Positions 46,733 to 59,006 of a stretch of DNA of 64,000 bases are shown here, in pieces. Source of the stretch: Oikopleura dioica (taxonomy: Eukaryota > Animalia > Chordata). Below the pieces are notes generated by a model. That model worked only from the letters and a program-made list of their open reading frames with translations, was not told the DNA's origin and ran no database searches. Made by a program: the position numbers and the translations under genes. The stretch lies in contig OU015569.1 of assembly GCA_907165135.1 (NCBI GenBank), forward strand, positions 8,951,889 through 9,015,888, given 5' to 3'. Numbering within the stretch: the stretch's first letter is position 1; the number at the start of each line of letters is the position of its first letter.

Positions 46733-49700
46733 ATGGCGACTCCATTAACAGACGCGGACAAGCGTAAGCAGATCTCAGTCCGCGGAGTTGCCCCTCTTGA
46801 GGGCGTCGATGACATTAAAGAAGCCTTCAATCGGCATCTCCACTTCACTCTTGTCAAGGACAGAAATGTCGCTACATCTGACGACTTCTACAGTGCTCTC
46901 GCTCACACTGTCAAAGATAACATGGTCGGTCGCTGGATCAGAACGCAGCAGTACTACTATGAGAAAGACCCCAAACGCGTGTACTATCTCTCTCTTGAAT
47001 TCTACATGGGCAGAACGCTTACGAATACAATGGTTAATTTGGGAATTCAAGAACAGTGTGATGAAGCCATGTACCAACTCGGCCTTAATATTGAAGAGCT
47101 TGAGGAGCAGGTAATTGCAATTTTCTTTTATCATAAAATAACACTTCAAAATAAAGGAAGAAGACGCCGGTCTCGGAAACGGCGGATTAGGTCGACTTGC
47201 TGCCTGCTTCCTTGACTCGATGGCCACGCTCGGATTAGCGGCGTATGGCTACGGAATTAGATATGAGTACGGTATTTTCAACCAGCGCATCCACGATGGC
47301 TGGCAGACTGAAGAACCGGATGACTGGCTTCGAAACGGATGTGTCTGGGAGCGCGCTCGGCCAGAGTACGCTGTCGCCGTGCACTTTTTCGGTTCTGTGC
47401 AGAACGAAAATGGAGACTGGCAAAAGCCATCCAAGTGGAGAAACACGCAAGCTGTCATTGCCCTTCCATATGACACGCCTACTCCTGGGTATGGAAACAA
47501 TGTCGTTAACACGATGCGTCTTTGGTCTGCTCGTGCTACGAGGGGATTTAATCTGAATCTTTTCAATACCGGAGACTACATTCAATGTTCGTAAATCATT
47601 CGTTATCGTCTTCTTTAATTAAGTAAAATTCTAGCTGTTTTCGACAGAAATATCGCTGAAAATATCTCCAAGGTTCTCTATCCAAATGACAATTTCTTCG
47701 AAGGAAAAGAACTTCGTCTCAAGCAAGAGTATTTCGTTGTCTGTGCTACGCTTCAGGACATTGTCAGGCGATACAAGAGCTCAAAGTTCGGATGCAGAGA
47801 TTCTGTCAGAACTCAGGTATTCTTTTCTAATCGTTCAGGGGCCTAATCATTTTTAGTTCGATCAATTCCACGAGAAGGTAGCTATTCAGCTTAACGATAC
47901 TCATCCAGCGCTGGCTATTCCTGAATTGATTCGTCTCCTCGTTGATGTAGAGGAAGTACCATTTGATCAAGCATTTGAAATCACGAAAAAGACCTGTGCG
48001 TACACGAACCATACCGTTTTACCTGAAGCTCTCGAGCGATGGCCAGTAAAGATGCTCGAGAATATGCTTCCTCGTCATTTGCAGATCATTTATCTGATCA
48101 ACGCCCGTCATTTGAAGGATGTCGCAAAGGGTGAGTACATTTTTATCCAGTATTGTCTCTAATACAGTGAATAAGTCTTCCCAAATGACTCATCGAAGCT
48201 TCGGGAGATGTCTCTGATCGAAGAGGACGGAGAAAAGCGAGTGAACATGGCATACCTCGCGATCGTTTGCTCACGCCGTCAATGGCGTTGCCGCCATCCA
48301 CTCCCAGATCATCATCGACGATACCTTCAAAAACTTCTACGAGATGTCTTGCCGACTTGGTAATAAAGCTATGGACGTGCAAAGATGAACATTTTTAGGG
48401 GAAACAAACAAGTGGCAAAACAAAACGAACGGTATTACACCACGACGATGGCTTCTCCTGTGTAACCCATCTTTGGCTCAAGCGATTACCGATAAAATCG
48501 GTGATGATTGGCACCTTGACCTGACGAAACTCCGACAGCTAGAAGAATTCGCTTCGGACAAATCATTCATTCGCCAGATTGCCCAAATCAAGCAAGAGAA
48601 CAAAGGTGAGTATCTTTTCTTTCTACTTTCTCTCAGAGTGAGTTTAGAGCGATTGGCAACCTGGCTTTCTCAATCGCAGGGTGTCAAGATCGACTCCAAA
48701 GCAATGTTTGACATCCACGTCAAACGAATCCACGAGTACAAGCGTCAGCTCCTGAACGCTCTTCACATGGTTCATCTGTACAACGAGATCAAGAACAACC
48801 CGGAGTAAGTCTTTTGAGCAAAGAGCTCTTTAAGTAATACTTATCCCCAACTTATAGCAAAGAATTTACTCCACGAGTCATCATGGTCGGTGGAAAAGCG
48901 GCTCCTGGTTATCACACTGCAAAGAAGATCATCAAACTTATCAATTCCATTGCTGACATTGTTAACAATGACCCCCTCGTAGGCGATCGACTCAAAATCG
49001 TTTACATCAACAATTACCGAGTATCCACTGCTGAAAAGGTACTCTTTTAGATCTTATTTGTATTTGCAAGCATTTTCCTAGGTTACCCCTGCTTGCGATC
49101 TCTCCGAGCAGATCTCAACAGCAGGAACAGAAGCGTCCGGAACCGGTAACATGAAATTCATGTTGAATGGTGCCTTAACCATTGGTACACTTGATGGTGC
49201 AAATGTAGAGATGTCTGAAGAAATGGGCGGCAAAAATATCTTCATTTTCGGAATGAAAGTTGAAGATGTCGAAGCTCTTGATAAGAAAGGATACAACCCA
49301 CAGGTAAATCATGGTTCATTGAGTCGTCATCCTCACCTTCCTTTAGGATTTCTACAACGCCTCAGCTAACCTGCGACGTGCTCTCGATCAAATAAGAGCT
49401 GGACTCTTCAGCCCTAAGCAGCCAGATCTCTTCTCTGGTTTCGTCGACGATCTACTCAAGTGGGATAGATTCAAAGTCTGTGCCGACTTTGACGCCTACA
49501 TCGCCAAGCAGGAAGAAGTCTCCGAGCTTTACAAGGTTCACTAATTTCAGCTTGATTGTTTCACTTATTTTCCATAGGACGAGGATGAATGGACCCGTCA
49601 GTGTATAATGAATGTAGCTGCCGCTGGAAAGTTCTCATCTGATCGAACAATTCACGATTATGCCACTGAGATTTGGGGATGTGAGCCATCTCCAGGCCAG

Positions 49701-49745
49701 CGCATTCCTGGCCCAGCAGATGCTCATCCTGGTACCGAAGAATAA
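46733..49745 (+). CDS. Glycogen phosphorylase with about 12 exons. Confident exons are 46733..47110, 47157..47586, 47635..47816, 47857..48130 and 48399..48605. Further exons are about 48140..48359 (contains a frame break at about 48271), about 48640..48803, about 48848..49036, about 49082..49310, about 49357..49548 and about 49577..49745. The stop is at 49743.
   Basis: Near-identical to metazoan phosphorylase throughout: [96 protein letters not shown]...; [43 protein letters not shown]; [20 protein letters not shown]; [20 protein letters not shown]; KVHINPNSLFD-like; the PLP site region [25 protein letters not shown]; and the C-terminus [16 protein letters not shown]. Introns are 39-48 nt. 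The AATAAA overlaps the stop. Confidence 0.9.
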
Positions 49746-49746
49746 A
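49741..49746 (+). promoter_or_regulatory. AATAAA polyadenylation signal overlapping the glycogen phosphorylase stop codon (GAAGAATAAATCC).
   Basis: Seen directly in the sequence. Confidence 0.5.
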
Positions 49747-50456
49747 TCCCTCTAGCTTCTCTCTAGTTAAATTCAAATGCTCATAAAAACGACAATAAGC
49801 TAAATACGCATAGTATACTCAATCTTTTATTATACTATGTTTGACCACTAGACGCTTCACTCTTTCTCGCCTAGTTAAAACAGTTCACTTCCTGTTTCAC
49901 TTTCTGTTATGTAAAATAAATGAACGGCAAACTCCATGAAATTCTCACCACTGAACTTCATCTCCTCTTTCTAACTATTGATCTATATTTCCAAAATAAA
50001 AATACTCCTACACCTTCTTTTCTTTATTGCAGCTATGTGAAAAAGCATTATCACTGAGTTAATTAAATGGTTCCACGCAGAGCGAGTTCTGATTTGAGTT
50101 AACAACTAAAATGTTTCTACTGAGCCCTACTTTAATTACTACTAACTCGAAAGCCGCTTTGTGTGGATACGTCATTTGCGAAGCAGGTCTTCCTCGTATT
50201 CATTTCTACTTTCGTAATATTTTCAATTTACCCGTGTACTATCTATGTCAAAAACTACTCTGACGCCTTCTACTTGTCCCAACTGGTGATATTATACTAA
50301 CTAATCGAAATTGCCAAAACTTCTTATTTTCTGTAATGCATGCGTTAAATATCAACTTCATTTAAACACACCAATTAGCAAATTGCTCTCAAATAATATT
50401 TAACACATATTGGAATTAAGTTTGATTAGAGTGAGGATTCGAAATTGTCATCCAAC

Positions 50457-52793
50457 ATGTCGTTTGGATATAATTTCAAGAAAATTACAGTCGTCCAGCC
50501 GGCCAAAGAATTTATCGACTCTACTCTCTCCAAGACGCAACGAAAGACTCCAACGGTCATTCACAAGGAACGCGCTTCTCATTAGCTTTGGATTGGTTGT
50601 ACAATTTTCTGTTTTGTTACTTGTAATTTTTATCGTTCAAAGGTTGCAAATATGAACGCTCCTAAAGCATCTCCCGATCTCTCGAATCAGAGGGTTCTAC
50701 CTTCGCAAGGTCAAGTATACCCAGCAAAACTTTCATGATCGGCTCGAGATGATGCTGACTGAATTCCCTCGATTGGAAGACATTCATCCCTTCTACTCTG
50801 ATCTGATGGGTGTTCTCTACGATCGCGATCACTACAAGCTTGCACTTGGTCAAATCTCTACCGCAAAGCATCTCATCGGTAAAGAATAACTTTTAATGCC
50901 GAGTGTAAATATTCTTAAGATGCCGTGGCGAGAGATTACGGAAGACTTTTGAAATTCGGAGACTCATTATATCGCTGCAAACTATTGAAGACAGCTGCAC
51001 TTGGTAGAATGTGCACGATTATAAAACGACAGAAAGCGAACCTTGAATACCTCGAAGAAGTAAGGAAGCCTTTTTGTCGTGGGTTCTGAGCTTATTTTAA
51101 GGTTCGACAACATCTTTCTCGTCTGCCATCTATTGATCCTACCGCCCGAACGCTTCTTTTGGCTGGTTTCCCGAACGTTGGAAAGTCTTCTTTGATTAAC
51201 TTGTTGACGCGAGCTGACGTTGAGGTGCAGCCCTATGCATTTACCACCAAGTCTCTACGTCGGACACATGGACTATAAGTACCTTAAATGGCAGGTCATC
51301 GATACTCCGGGTATTCTTGATCACGAGCTCGAGGAGCGAAACACCATCGAATGGCAGTCCGTTACGGCGCTTGCTCATCTCAAAGCTGCTATCGTCTACA
51401 TTGTTGATATCTCTGGTAAGAACTAGCTTTATTAAGTATTGTTAATTGTGTTTATAGAACAATGCGGAACCCCGATTGAAACTCAGATTGCTCTCTTCAA
51501 GAAAATCAAGCCCTTGTTTGCCAACAAGCCAGTTTGTGTGATGCTCAACAAAATTGACATCACTCCCTTCGACAAGCTGACTCCGGAGAACCAGGAAATG
51601 ATTAATGATTTCCTCAAGACTGAGGGTGTCAAATTTTACAAAACATCTAATGTCTCCAAAGAAGGCATCATGGACATGCGAAATGCTGCATGCGATGAGC
51701 TGTTGGTCCAGGTAGACGATCAATTTTCAAGAGCCACCTAATCTTATAATTTTAAGCGGGTGGAAGCCAAGCTTAGAGGACGACAAGCAGACAACATCTT
51801 GAACAGGGTCTATGTTGCTCAGCCAAAGAAACGAGACGATGTTGAAAGACCAGCAGTGATACCTGGCAATGCTCCTCAACTGCGAGAAGAAGCTGATGCA
51901 CGACCGAAGATAAGAACTGAGCGTGACATTGAGCTCGAACTTGATGTAAAAATTTTAAACAAATTCTTCTTTCTTACATCGGTTTAGGACGAGTACATGT
52001 TAGATCTCCGCAAGACTTGGGATTTGAAGAACGCCGAGGAGGCTGCAGATGCTATCCCTGAAATTTGGGAAGGAAAGAATATCGCTGACTTCGTCGATAA
52101 GGATATTATGGAAAAGCTGGCTGCATTGGAGGCAGAAGAGGAAGAGCGTGAGAAGAGTGGTTTCTACAACATTGACGTTGAGATGGATAGTGATGACGAG
52201 GAAATCCGAGAGCTCGCGAAGGTTATAAGAAGAAAACGAAAGATCCGAAAGCTTGAAGAGAAAGTGGACCGAGCTCCGATCGGACGAGCTGCTCTGCCTA
52301 GAAAGAATGATGTAATATTTTGTGTCGGTATATGATATTTTACATATTTTATTAGAAACAACTGGAGGCCAACATGAAGGACCTTGGCCTTGGTGAACAC
52401 ATAGAGCGTGGAAGAGGAAATTATAAGGAGTCCATCCACCGTGGTCGATCAATGGCCCGTAAGCGAATGAAGAACAATGACGGCGATGCTATGGACGTTG
52501 ATGGTGATTCAGGCTCCTTGGCAAGGAGCAAGTCTCGAAACCGATCGCAGAGTCATGTTCGAGGACCAGCAAGAAACCAGAGTGGCGTTAGACCCGCTGA
52601 GGTTTATTGAATTATTGACGACTCTTCGTTAAAGCTTCTTTAGGTGGCAAAGGCAGAGAAGCTTCGAAAGAAGGCCCAGAAGACCATCAACCAAGATTCA
52701 CGAAGAGGTGAAGCTGATAGAAGGTTCTTGGACAAGAAACCGAAACACTTGTTCTCTGGAAAGCGAGGAAATGGCACTAACGATCGACGATAA
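50457..52793 (+). CDS. NOG1: Nucleolar GTP-binding protein 1 (NOG1/GTPBP4) with 9 exons. Exons are 50457..50567, 50668..50878, 50920..51059, 51102..51415 (contains a frame break at about 51256), 51458..51711, 51757..51945, 51988..52311, 52356..52601 and 52644..52793.
   Basis: [37 protein letters not shown]|[70 protein letters not shown]... The G1-G4 motifs [22 protein letters not shown] and MLNKID are present, and the C-terminus is [14 protein letters not shown]. This matches GTPBP4 almost residue-for-residue. Introns are 41-45 nt. The exon-1 donor is non-canonical (AAG|GAACGC). Confidence 0.9.
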
Positions 52794-53277
52794 GCGTGGT
52801 TTTATGATGGAAACTGTTATGATAGAGCGGCTAATAAATTTCTTGTCAGAGAAAAATGTAGTTATATTTCTGAGCTTGCACTTTTGAAGTAATGGTCAGA
52901 CTCAAAGTGATTAACTGTCGTACTTTATATCAACTCTGAAGAGTCTGCAACTACATAGTTAGCTTTCATGATCAGATTCTGATCTGCAACATGATCAATG
53001 GCTTCTTATGTATGCCTGCAAATATAAAAAGGATTTTATCAAGATCGCAGATTCTAGTGATTTGAATATATTATCCGCAAGTGGCAGTAAGTGAGTGCAG
53101 TAAGATATGAGTGAATTTCTTGCCAGCAATTTGGAATGTGAAAGTAAACATGTCACGCGGTGAATGTGAGGTGCCTCCAGTTAGGCTTGAATGTGTGATC
53201 GACTAATAGTCTTCGACATGGAGGGAGCACCGGAGCGGCCGGGAAGGTTAGCTACTTTTTGTGTTTCATATTTTTCA

Positions 53278-54328
53278 TTAAAAATTTTCGACGGACACAA
53301 CTAAGGTCAAATGGAACATTCCTGGAGCAGATAAAAGCATGGATTGACGACTTGGGACGTAGTTTTCATCCTCTTCCTTCAATTCCGCATCGCTTCCGAC
53401 TAAGAAAGATTTGATTACAGTTAAGTCGACGCCGGTACCTATCGCGATGTAGGTCTCCACGAAGGGTTCATCTACCGCCGCCGCCCATTTTTCTCGTTCA
53501 GCGGATGTCACAGTCTAAAACAGGGTTTAACATTAAAGACTGTTGTGTGTACCTTGAAGTCGATCGTATTTTTCTTGAGTCGTTTGTTGTTGATCTTGGC
53601 AAGATTCTTGCCGTTTGTCTTCAACTCGTGGTAATTTTTGGTCATCTCAGTTTCCCAATTTCGAAAAATTTCCTCGTCTCCTTGGATGCCGTAAGTGACG
53701 TTTTGCATCTCCTCGGCTTCGAAGTTGTTTTCCCACACTTTTTGCCCCTTGTCAAGACATTCCCAAAGTTCTTCCGCTTCCCACTCAATCAATCCCTCGG
53801 CCTGAGCCGCGCAGATCTTCATGAACTGCCCTACAGTCACTTCTTCGTCCTTCATCTTCATTACTTCCCAATTATTCCCCGCAGGAGACCATCGTCGGCT
53901 TAATCAATTTATAAAATCAAATCAAAAATAAATCAATTTGGATCGCTCCCCTGTAACGAGCTCACCTCAAAAGGTAGTGTCCCTTTTTGCGCTTCGTCGC
54001 CTCTTCCCAGGGATCGTCGTGTTCCTCCCACTCAAGCTCTCTCAGAGTGATAAAGTCGAAGGCGATCGCCTTTCCGACTTTGGAGGGATGGAAGAAAAAT
54101 CCCGCCGCCGCGAGTTTCTCGGGTTGGCAATTCGCATCTTCAGGAAATGGCCACTCTGAGTTCCTAGAGGTTAATTCTGAGAGTGCACGCGGGTTTGAAG
54201 TCTTACTTGAAGGAGGCTAGCCTCGATTCGTACCCGACCATATCCCTCGCATATCTCTTGAAGTCTTCAATTCTGCGACTGTACTCGAGAAAGATCTCAT
54301 TGACTTTTTCTAGCCTGTTTGGGATCAT
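53278..54328 (-). CDS. Survivin/BIR-1-like protein in which the BIR zinc-ligand residues are replaced, 4 exons. Exons (plus coordinates) are about 54203..54328, about 53952..54174, about 53523..53872 and 53278..53483.
   Basis: Exon 2 encodes KNSEWPFPEDANCQPEKLAAAGFFFHPSKVGKAIAFDFITLRELEWEEHDDPWEEATKRKKGHYLL. This aligns with survivin's [66 protein letters not shown], but has A/F/A/Y where C57/C60/H77/C84 are expected. Downstream, TVGQFMKI aligns with TLGEFLKL. GTAAGA/GTGAGC/GTACAC donors have matching phases. Confidence 0.55.
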
Positions 54329-54453
54329 TTTCACCTGAATCTTCAAAAATAATTTGTTTGAACTTCAAGTTTTGAACTTCAAGATCCTTTCCTGTTCATT
54401 TTTCTCTAAAATTAGCGAATATTCCGCGCGCACGAGAAAGACAAATTCGCGCC

Positions 54454-55278
54454 TGCGATGTGATAGCAGTCAGCAGCCAATCAGAGTCGAGCCCTCGAAC
54501 TCTGAATTTGTAAGCGTGTTGTTCGAACTTCGAGCAGACTCGTTGAAAGTTTTCGTGTCAGTTCCATTGTTCTTGATTGAATTCTTTGATCCCCTCCTAT
54601 AAGAATTTCATCAAGTAATCGGCTGGGCCAATTTCAATAAGGAGTTGAGATTCGAAATCGTAGCACCCCCCTTTCTTGTGCTCATTAGAAAGAGCGCAAA
54701 AGTTACGCCAGAAAAAGTACTTTTAGAGGATGAGTCCCCGAAAATGACGTCACGATGACTCACTGAAGTTCCAAAAGTCCAAAACTTTGCCACGCTCTCA
54801 TTTTTTTTCTAGAAATGGAAAATTTGAGTTCGATACAGGAAAATGATCGTCTTGAGCCACTCTACCTGAAGAGCTACATATAAAAGATCCACCTCTAGAA
54901 GAAAAATTTTTCTAGTTTTAGTTCTAGAGTTTTCTTGAGTTGGATCTTTCATATGTAGCTCTTCAGGGAGAGTGGCTCAAGACGATCATTTTTCTGTATC
55001 GAACTCAAATTTTCCATTTCTAGAAAAAATGAGAGCGTGGCAAAGTTTTGGATTTTGGAACTTCAGTGAGTCATCGTGACGTCATTTTCGGGGACTCATC
55101 CTCTAAAAGTACTTTTTCTGGCGTAACTTTTGCGCTCTTTCTAATGAGCACAAGAAAGGGGGTGCTACGATTTCGAATCTCAACTCCTTATTGAAATTGG
55201 CCCTGCCGTTCCTACTGAAGGAGTGCTTGTTGATTTCACCATCGAATGAAGATCATCTTCTTAATTCTACGTTGAAAG
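54454..55278. repeat. Repeat A, copy 1: a foldback element of about 0.8 kb with about 280-bp inverted arms (about 54627-54905 and about 54940-55205). The 5' leader contains CAGCAGCCAATCAGAGTCGAGCCC.
   Basis: The two arms are near-perfect reverse complements (e.g. GGGCCAATTTCAATAAGGAGTTGAGATTCGAAATCGTAGCACC at both ends). The whole unit recurs at 59007-59822 with small indels. Confidence 0.7.
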
Positions 55279-55588
55279 TACTAGCTTCGACAATAATGGC
55301 CACCCCAAAATGCCCTGCCGAGCTAGTCTGTATAATATAGAACCTCACTGTATCTAAGCTACAACCTGCAAATATGAAGAGTCTCTGGGGGAAAGTCTCT
55401 AGCAGCAAGTTTATTTCTCTGAACTTGGCGGCATAAACGGAGTATAAAATCGGTAACTCGGGCCGCACTCGACTGAGATGCGCCCGGTCGGTCGTTGGGT
55501 ATTTATGGAGCGGCGGTGGCGATGGCCGCCCCGCTCGAAATCCATGCACAAAAGGCACAATGGGCAACGCACAGTTGCCGAAGCTAGC
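55279..55588. repeat. Repeat X, copy 1: a 310-bp element with short terminal inverted repeats (TACTAGCTTCG...CGAAGCTAGC), directly abutting repeat A.
   Basis: Identical apart from one or two indels to 58697-59006. The termini are reverse complements over about 10 bp. Confidence 0.65.
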
Positions 55589-58500
55589 AACCCCTTGCAT
55601 GGTTTCGATCGGCAAGGTGGTCGCCAGCAGCAACAGTGGCAATAATACAGGACAGGTGGAAAATACGGCATCTTCGCGTAGAACTGGACAATCGTGGTGG
55701 AATCTTGGCAGGAGCGATGTGAGGGAGACTGTAGCAGATCATCGAGCCGGAGCCGATTCCAGAGTCGTTCTGCAGGCGGAATTCGGATTTTGCTTTTTAA
55801 GGCAGCGACCCTGAGTTCGAAAACTCTAAATTTACTAAAGGATCGGTGCCCTGGTCCTGATTATTCAGAGCTGGCCGCGATGCCGGCGCTACCAAGCCTG
55901 ATGTGGTAGGCGGCACGGGCCAGGTAGTTGTAGTTGTCATGGAGCATCCAAGTCAGTCGATTCAACGTTAGTTGCGACTGCGGAGCTCTTGGTAAGGTTA
56001 TCAAAGTTGTTGGCGCGGGTGCAACCGCCGCGATCGCGGCCGGTGCATGGCAGTTCTTGTTGGTGCCAGAGCACTCGCCGCGGTAGCGGTCGGTGCTAGG
56101 CTATTTTGTGAGTCAAAGGAGCGTCTCAGCTTGTCAATTTTGACAATAATGCAGAGTACGAACTCCCGAGTAGCTTGTGAAAATGATTGGTGCCCGAGCA
56201 CTCGCCGCAATGCGGTCGTTGCTCAGGAAACTGTTGGAGGTACTGGAGCCGATGTAATCCGAGAGAGCGCGTGAAAATCACTGTATATCTGAGTTCAAGG
56301 TTTATCCAGCTGTCTAACCGTGTATCACCCCTGGACAGAAGGGTACACTTTCTACTCAATATCCGAAAAAATTTTTTTCCCGATTCAGTGTACTCGAAGC
56401 AGTAATACAAGCAGTGCGAGTACTCTGCTGAGTCACATCTTCTCATTTTGATTATCAGGCGCGCACCCGACCGGGCACTCGCCAGAAAGGTTTTGTCGAG
56501 ACTTCTTCTCGTGACAAATAGCTTCGAAAATCGAGTTTGAGGCATTTTACGCTCAGTAGAAAAATTAAATTCGTCAGGGGCACCTTCAATCAGCGGTTTC
56601 CGCATAATTGGTGGCGTATGGATAGTTGGGGCAAAGGTTTTCTCATGGAGGTGAAGTTGAGCACCTGACCTAGTTTAGGTAGACGCACGTCTTATTGAGC
56701 ATATTGAGAGGACTTTGAGAAATACCTTATTACCGGCGTAAAATTTCGATTCTTCGAATTTAGCAGAGAAAATGTTGAATCAATAATAGGATGGTAGATA
56801 TGATTATGAAAATTGCTAGTCAGCTGAGAATGGGAATCGTGATATGATGACTTCCCTTCGAGTCAGAACATGGATACCAATATGAGTTGGTATTATCAAC
56901 CATACAGGCTCATAAAAGGTGATTTACATTTGAATAAGCGTACTATTCGCCGCTTTTATTTCAAAGTCGAAATTTTGAAAGGGCGTTCTCAGAATATTGA
57001 TTTTCGGACTAAGCCAGTAAATAAGTTTGACATGAAATGAAAGTAGGTTTGTCAACTTAAACCAATCCACACACAAGCGCAACATCGTTGTCGCTGGTGG
57101 AAAGATCGTCATTGTAAAATTTTACTAGTAAAAACTTGAAGCCGACGATTGTGGCATTTGATTGACCATTGGACCATGCCACGACCAGGTTAGGTTCTAG
57201 TGGCTGGTCTCCAATGACCGCTACACAATGCGTCTCGGTCATTTGTAGAGGGAGAGCGCTAAATCTGGTATTCGCATGAACTACCCGCTCTTGATTTATT
57301 AAAAATTTATAGAGGCATAAGGTTTTGGTCGGAGAACTTTCTCGACGACCCCTTGCCTATATTATGGACTGGTCAGTACTAGCAGTTACCGCTTTCCTCA
57401 ACATTTATCATTACTATTGGTCTGTTGGTACTAGCGATCGTAACCGCGTTCCACGAACCATTATATTGCGGTTACAAGGCTTTTCTTAGCCGTTCTACCC
57501 CTTCGGTAGTATAAACCGACTTTGGAAATATCATGGTTCGACACAGCTCGAATTAAGATTGCTGACTACGCACCGCAGTCCTGGCGAATCGGTCTGCGAA
57601 ACTTTCAGGATCCTAAGAGCATCGAAACCGTCGCGAGAGGATGACTGATTTTTCATCTTTACAAGATATCTTAAAAATTGATTTATGAGAACCGATTGAA
57701 ATGTATGGAAATCTGTGATATCAGCAGTCTCGAATTATTCGAAACACTTTTGCTGATACACTTGTTGAATGTGTAAGTCCTTTGATAAGGTAAATGATGG
57801 ACAAGCACTTATGATTCTACCTTTGAATCAATGTAGAAGTTCCACTCCGCTCTCCCTAAAGGGTTGAGAGGGCGTGGTTTTCTGACCATTCATTGCCCTT
57901 TGGAAAGTAAGGCTTTGTTATTGATAGACATTTCGGTTTAGTAGGGGCATAGAAAGCATGTATCGTGAAACAAAAAGACCGAAAAATATCATATGCCTAC
58001 CTCTCCAGCGACTTTAAAAACTTTTGAATTTTTGAAAACTTGTTGTGCGCATGGAATTTCAATTTTTATCGATGAATTCCGTTTGGGCTAGGGGCTACAA
58101 CTGGAGCGCGCGTGTAGTTTCACCCTCGATGGACCTGATAACTAGTATTTCGCCGTTAGGTCTCCATCACCCGCGCAAATGAATTTTGAAACGTATCGCG
58201 CGATCATTTGATGGACCACCGAGCCAGTGTTTTGCTCTTGCTGGTCTCGATCGCGCGCGAAAAATCTTTGGAAATTTCCCGCGCGGCGGTTAGGCCGACG
58301 CGGGTGGCCGATGCGCGAACGACCGTTGGGTTCACGTCGCGGGCGTTGCTGACGTGGCAGGGGGCTACTCGCCCTCTGATTGGCTGAGCGCGTTATCGGT
58401 TATGTAATCCTAACAATTTACTGTATTGCCGGATCTTGCACAGTACCCACACAGTAAATATTACTGTGCGTGTCTGCTCCCTAACTTGAGTCGAAGTCCA

Positions 58501-58696
58501 GTCTTTGTTTGCTAGGATCAGTGGGTATATTTTAGTATTAATTATTTGAATATGTATAAAATGATTTTCAGCGAAAGATTATTTATAATATTTCGGGGAA
58601 AATCACTGTATTGACTCTCTTAGATTTATAGACTAAGGAGTCAGAAACTCAAAGAATATCTGACACCAGGGCTCGAAATCCCACTTCTGACACCAA

Positions 58697-59006
58697 TACT
58701 AGCTTCGACAATAATGGCCACCCCAAAATGCCCTGCCGAGCTAGTCTGTATAATATAGAACCTCACTGTATCTAAGCTACAACCTGCAAATATGAAGAGT
58801 CTCTGGGGGAAAGTCTCTAGCAGCAAGTTTATTTCTCTGAACTTGGCGGCATAAACGGAGTATAAAATCGGTAACTCGGGCCGCACTCGACTGAGATGCG
58901 CCCGGTCGGTCGTTGGGTATTTATGGAGCGGCGGTGGCGATGGCCGCCCCCGCTCGAAATCCATGCACAAAGGCACAATGGGCAACGCACAGTTGCCGAA
59001 GCTAGC
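58697..59006. repeat. Repeat X, copy 2; here it lies immediately 5' of repeat A, the reverse of the order in copy 1.
   Basis: Direct sequence identity with 55279-55588. Confidence 0.65.

Noticed and set aside
46721-47215. ORF-track entries beginning with M at TTG/GTG codons (for example 46721, 3007, 3239, 35028).
   Set aside because: The track used alternative start codons. True starts were taken from ATG in context (for example 46733 for phosphorylase and 35037 for the MFS gene).
55253-55642. 129-aa ORF at 55253..55642 (-) and its near-identical twin at 58641..59033 (-).
   Set aside because: Both lie wholly inside the two copies of repeat X. Duplication of the ORF reflects repeat identity, not a gene. 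There are no splice signals and no similarity.
56126-56605. 159-aa ORF (-) in the segment between the two A/X repeat copies.
   Set aside because: No recognisable domain and no splice signals. It is embedded in low-complexity sequence with repeated GCACTCGCC motifs, and is probably a non-coding repeat remnant.
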